NCBI RefSeq assembly: GCF_009914755.1
Contig: NC_060947.1
Source of the DNA: the human T2T-CHM13v2.0 reference genome, Homo sapiens
Direction: 5' to 3' (one strand)
DNA length: 64,000 nt
Below, piece after piece: positions 55,193 through 64,000 of the stretch. The first letter of the stretch is position 1, and each line of letters starts with the position of its first letter. Under the pieces are notes generated by a model. That model did no database searches, was not told the origin of the DNA, and worked only from the letters and a program-made list of their open reading frames with translations. Position numbers and translations under genes: made by a program.

Positions 55193-56229
55193 GGGGGGAG
55201 GAGCCAAGATGGCAGAATAGGAACAGCTCCAGTCTACAGCTCCCAGCGTGAGCAACGCAGAAGACGGGTGATTTCTGCATTTCCATCTGAGGTACCAGTT
55301 TCATCTCACTAGGGAGTGCCAGACAGTGGGTGCAGGACAGTGGGTGCAGCGCGCCGTGCGCGAGCCAAAGCAGGGCGAGGCATTGCCTCACTCAGGCAGC
55401 GGAAGGGGTCAGGGAGTTCCCTTTCCTGGTCAAGGAAAGGGGTGACAGATGGCACCTGGAAAATCGGGTTACTCTCACCCGAATACTGCACTTTTCCGAC
55501 GGGCTTAGGAAACGGCGCACCAGGAGATTATATCCTGCACGTGGCTCGGAGGGTCTTACGCCCACGGAGTCTCGCTGATTGCTAGCACAGCAGTCTGAGA
55601 TCAAACTGCAAGGTGGCAGCGAGGCTGGGGGAGGGGGGCCCACAATTGCCCAGGCTTGCTTAGGTAAACAAAGCAGCTGGGAAGTTCCAACTGGGTGGAA
55701 CCCACCACAGCTCAAGGAGGCCTGCCTGGCTCTGTAGGCTCCACCTCTGGGGGCAGGGCACAGACAAACAAAAAGACAGCAGTAACCTCTGCAGACTTAA
55801 ATGTCCCTGCCTGACAGCTTTGAAGAGAGCAGTGGTTCTCCCAGCACGCAGCTGGAGATCTGAGAATGGGCAGACTGCCTCCTCAAGTGGGTCCCTGACC
55901 CCTGACCCCCAAGCAGCCTAACTGGGAGGCACCCCCCAGTAGGGGCAGACTGACACCTCACACGGCCGGGTACTCCTCTGAGACAAAACTTCCAGAGGAA
56001 CAATCAGACAGCAGCATTCGCGGTTCAGGAAAATTTGCGGTTCTGTAGACACCGCTGCTGATACCCAGACAAACAGGTCCTGGAGTGGACCTCTAGCAAA
56101 CTCCAACAGACCTGCAGCTGGGGGTCCTGTCTGTTAAAAGGAAAACTAACAAACAGAAAGGACATCCACACCAAAAACCCATCTGTACATCACCATCATC
56201 AAAGACCAAAAGTAGATAAAACCACAAAG
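55193..56229 (+). promoter_or_regulatory. L1 5'UTR: sense and antisense promoter region, YY1-like site, retained ~129-bp ZNF93-target segment (55972-56100)
   Basis: CAAGATGGC at ~55205; CpG-rich 55250-55620; extra segment between tactcc and ctccaacagacc relative to L1HS. Confidence 0.8.
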
Positions 56230-57245
56230 ATGGGGACAAAACAGAGCAGAAAAACTGGAAACTCTAAAAAGCAGAACACCTCTCCTCCTCCAAAGGAACA
56301 CAGTTCCTCACCAGCAATGGAACAAAGCTGGACACAGAATGACTTTGATGAGCTGAGAGAAGAAGGCTTCAGATGATCAAACTATTACGAGCTACAGGAG
56401 GAAATTCAAACCAAAGGCAAAGAAGTTGAAAACTTTGAAAAAAATTTAGAAGAATGTATAACTAGAATAAACAATACAGAGAAGTGCTTAAAGGAGCTGA
56501 TGGAGTTGAAAGCCAAGGTTCGAGAACTACGTGAAGAATGCAGAAGCCTCAGGAGCCGACGTGATCAACTGGAAGAAAGGGTAACAGTGATGGAAGATGA
56601 AATGAATGAAATGAAGTGAGAAGGGAAGGTTAGAGAAAAAAGAATAAAAAGAAAAGAGCAAAGCCTCCAAGAAATATGGGACTATGTGAAAAGACCAAAT
56701 CTGCGTCTGATTGGTGTACCTGAAAGTGACGGGGAGAATGGAACCAAGTTGGAAAACACTCTGCAGGATATTATCCAGGAGAACTTCCCCAATCCAGCAA
56801 GGCAGGCCAACATTCAGATTCAGGAAATACAGAGAACGCCACAAAGATACTCCTCGAGAAGAGCAACTCCAAGACACAGAATTGTCAGATTCATCAAAGT
56901 TGAAATGAAGGAAAAAATGTTAAGGGCAGCCAGAGAGAAAGGTCGGGTTACCTACGAAGGGAAGCTCCTCAGACTAACAGCGGATCTCTCGGCTGAAACT
57001 CTACAAGCCAGAAGAGAGTGGGGGCCGATATTCAACATTCTTACAGAAAAGAATTTTCAACCAGAATTTCATATCCAGCCAAACTAAGCTTCATAAGTGA
57101 AGGAGAAATAAAATACTTTACAGACAAGCAAATGCTGAGAGATTTTGTCACCACCAGGCCTGCCCTAAAAGAGCTCCTGAAGGAAGCACTAAACATGGAA
57201 AAGCACAACCAGTACCAGCTGATGCAAAATCAGGCCAAACTGTAA
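56230..57245 (+). pseudogene. L1 ORF1p, disrupted
   Basis: ATG 56230; CGA>TGA stops near 56374 and 56617; frameshift near 57062; peptide KRPNLRLIGVPE...YPAKLSF. Confidence 0.92.
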
Positions 57246-57308
57246 AGACTATCGAGACTAGAAAGAAACTGCATCAACTAACAAGCAAAATAACCAGCTA
57301 ACATCATA

Positions 57309-61132
<3,824 letters not shown>

Positions 61133-61728
61133 ACAATGAGAACACATGGACACAGGAAGGGGAACATCACACTCTGGGGACTGTTGTGGGGTGGGGGGAG
61201 GGGGGAAGGATAGCATTAGGAGATATACCTAATGCTAAATGATGAGTTAATGGGTGCAGCACACCAGCATGGCACATGTATAGATGTGTAACTAACCTGC
61301 ACATTGTGCACATGTACCCTAAAACTTAAAGTATAATAATAATTAAAAAAGAAAAAAAAATCAAAGAAAATCTTAAAAAAACCAAAAAACAAAACAAAAA
61401 AAAAAACAGAAAAAAAAAAAAAGAAGACTGAAGCATGCACATCTAATGCTCCAGGCTTTTGAGGGACTGTCTAAGGGGTTGTTTTCTGTCTAGTCTAACT
61501 TGGGGTGTTGATGTGTGTATTTGTGTGTGTATGCATATCTATGCAAAATCCCACCTTACTTAGTGTTTTTTTAAATCTAGAAAGCACTCAACCAATTAGC
61601 AAAGGAGCTAGTAACAATGTTGATTCAAAGCAAATATTAAGAAAGCTATCATTTTGTTATAGGATTCTCAGCACATTTAATCAGTCATAATTTTAAGTAT
61701 AATTCATGGATATTTAGATTAGACTCAC

Positions 61729-61771
61729 CTTAGACATGGAAAGGCCATGGGTGTCTGCTTGTTTTGTACTG
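61729..61771 (-). other. strong candidate 43/40-nt exon (NAGNAG acceptor)
   Basis: minus strand: branch-like gctaat, tract tctgtttcttttttctcttgcttt, gaag|cag|TACAAAAC...CCCATGGCC...CTAAG|gtgagt. Confidence 0.55.
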
Positions 61772-62284
61772 CTTCAAAGCAAGAGAAAAAAGAAACAGAA
61801 TTAGCCCAATTGTAAGAAGTATCTTGGCCAATTAAAACAGAATAATCAGAATGAATTATTTGTGAAGCTATTTAACAAATAATAAAACACCTCCTTTACT
61901 TACTTTATTCATTCATTTAACAAATTTTGTTGAACCCTTTCTGTACAAACACACAAAATAAACCCTTACTCTCATTTAGCTTATATTCTAATACAGAAAA
62001 TTTTATTCATAAAGGTGTAAATAATGGCACAAAGTAGCATATAATTTATAGAGAAGTTGTTTAGGCAATATGCAATATAGAAATTAAAATAAAAAGTAGT
62101 TTTATTTGGAAATAGGGAATACTTCGTGAAAGATTTATAAACTAACTTAATCTGGGCCCTAAAGAAAGGAGTATTGAGTCATTTTTCTGGCTACAGTTTT
62201 AGTTAATAAACCATTGAATTAAAAAAAATGGTTTCACTGTGCTTTCCAAGATTGTCTCCAGATAAAGCACACTGAAAGGATATA

Positions 62285-62636
62285 CAGACAATCCCTGACT
62301 GAGGATGGTTCAACTTATTTTTTTTTTACTTGATGATGATGAAAATTCAATAGACATTCAGTAGAAACCATAATTCAGCAATTTTTTCTTAACTTTCAGT
62401 ACAGCATTTGATAAATTACATGAGTTACTCAACACTTTATTTTAAAATAGCTTTGTGTTGGATGATTTTGCTCTACTATAGACTAATGTAAATGTTCTGA
62501 GCATGTTTAAGGTAGGCTAAGCTAAGCTATGATGTTCACTAGATTAGGTGTGTTAAATGCAAGTTTGACTTACAGTATTTCCAACTTATGATGTATTTAT
62601 CAAAATGTAACCCCATTATAAGTTGAGGAGTATCTG
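62285..62636 (-). mobile_element. MER47A-like DNA transposon (TcMar-Tigger)
   Basis: TA-flanked cagac... / ...gaggagtatctg; aaggtaggctaagctaagctatgatgttc core. Confidence 0.85.
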
Positions 62637-62689
62637 TAATTTGAGTGCTCGCTAAGTGAAAACGTGTCATTTTTCTTATAATTTTTGCT

Positions 62690-62780
62690 ATACTGTGAGC
62701 TCCTCATAGGTAAGAGTCCCCTCTAATTCATATTTGCATCCTCCTTCCATTCCAACTAGCACATAACAGGCACTCTGATG
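62690..62780 (+). mobile_element. L2 3' fragment
   Basis: actgtgagctcctca...tagcacataacaggcactc. Confidence 0.5.
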
Positions 62781-63036
62781 TAAAGCTAAGATACTATGAT
62801 CAAAAAAATTAAATCATTGAATCATTTCCTATGTTCTTTCTTTTCTATAGAATGGCCTAACTTGGAATCTAGATCAGTTTTCCCCTTTAGTTTAATGTAA
62901 TGAATATAGACAAAATGTTTAAATAATTTCATAACTTTGAACATACTTTGAACTTTCTGTTAAAGAATCTTCACATTTTATTCTGTGGCACTAATCAGGC
63001 ATCAGGAAAATAAAGACCTGGCATTATATATACATA

Positions 63037-63067
63037 TGTGTGTGTGTGTGTGCACACACGTGTGTGT
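63037..63067. repeat. (TG)n/(CA)n microsatellite
   Basis: direct read. Confidence 0.85.
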
Positions 63068-63132
63068 ATCAACAACACAACTATAACCCTACATCCTCTT
63101 TTGAGGAGGATAGTAAACTCTAACTTAAGATT

Positions 63133-63332
63133 GGGAACATCACACACCGGGGCCTTTTGTGGGGTAGGGGGAGGTGGAAGGGATAACATTAGGAGATATA
63201 CCTAATGTAAATGACGAGTTAATGGGTGCAGCACACCAACATGGCACATGTATACATATGTAACAAACCTGCACGTTGTGCACATGTATCCTATAACTTA
63301 AAGTAAAATTATATATATATATATATATATAA
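63133..63332 (+). mobile_element. 200-bp 5'-truncated L1PA5-like 3' end; tail converted to (AT)n
   Basis: ctaatgtaaatgacgag, gcacgttgtg; TSD AAGATT 63127-63132 / 63333-63338. Confidence 0.9.
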
Positions 63333-64000
63333 AAGATTTACTCTTTGTCTAACTGTGCCGCATGCCCTCTAGCCACTATTTAACAATTCTCAATTTAATC
63401 AAACTTTAAGTTTCATCATCTAGGAAATTTCAGAATGTGTTCTGTAATGGTTTTGATTTGGTAGTTGAAAAAACAAAAATCATCCTCATTACCATTACCA
63501 CAGACTCGTGAAATCATAGCATCAGAATGGGCTACAAGAAGTTATCTAGGTTTCTAGGCAGCTCTGTGCCTCCTACTTTTGGCTTGTTGCAGAATCAATC
63601 AACATTTACCCGTGTTTTTTTTTGTAATAGATGTCTAGAAGTCCTGGTACTTGAGCTACTCAAAAGTCACTAACAGTTTGTAAAAATTTTTTACTAAAGC
63701 AAAATTTTCTAATAGGGAGCATTATCAAAATATACCCTTAAGATAGGTCAAAATCACAAGTGCTCTCAGTGTTACCCTGTAACATTGTAGGAGAGATCAC
63801 TAAAGTGAGCTGTGTTGTGATAAATAGACTGTATTGCCTTTCTTGGCTTCTGACCTTGATTGTTACAAAGTTTCTTCTATAACTCAAAAACAAAACTAAA
63901 TCCCAAGCTGACCAATATTGGTTTTTAACCCTGTGTTACAAATACATATAGATTCTCTGGTATGGTGGCAAAAAATAACCTGCATGAAGGAAACCATTAC

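Noticed and set aside
55392-55715. L1 ORF0 as an intact antisense ORF
   Set aside because: The canonical start context (plus-strand CGCCAT) reads CACAAT at 55641-55646, so the ATG is lost.

Overview
Primate (human/ape-like) AT-rich genomic DNA, roughly 60% LINE-1 by my rough tally. The remainder includes Alu, MaLR/ERVL LTRs (THE1/MST, MLT2), TcMar-Tigger DNA transposons (Tigger3b-like, MER47A-like), old L2/MIR/L3 fragments and microsatellites. Essentially all long ORFs in the supplied track are broken L1 ORF1/ORF2 pieces or Alu/LTR-derived noise, and I recognise no host protein-coding gene. One full-length but dead L1PA3-like element (55193-61418) retains the ~129-bp ZNF93-target segment. The most notable signals are: (1) a chain of short minus-strand exon candidates with canonical splice sites in the unique DNA (61729-61771, 44444-44582, 26974-27011, 2771-2865), possibly a spliced lncRNA or small-ORF transcript; (2) a recent two-template insertion copying 88 bp perfectly from 1.65 kb away; (3) three young L1s sharing apparently non-consensus variants, one a TSD-less L1PA4/L1PA7 chimera; (4) several fold-back templated junctions. 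Repeat subfamily names come from my memory of consensus diagnostics and need RepeatMasker/Dfam confirmation.
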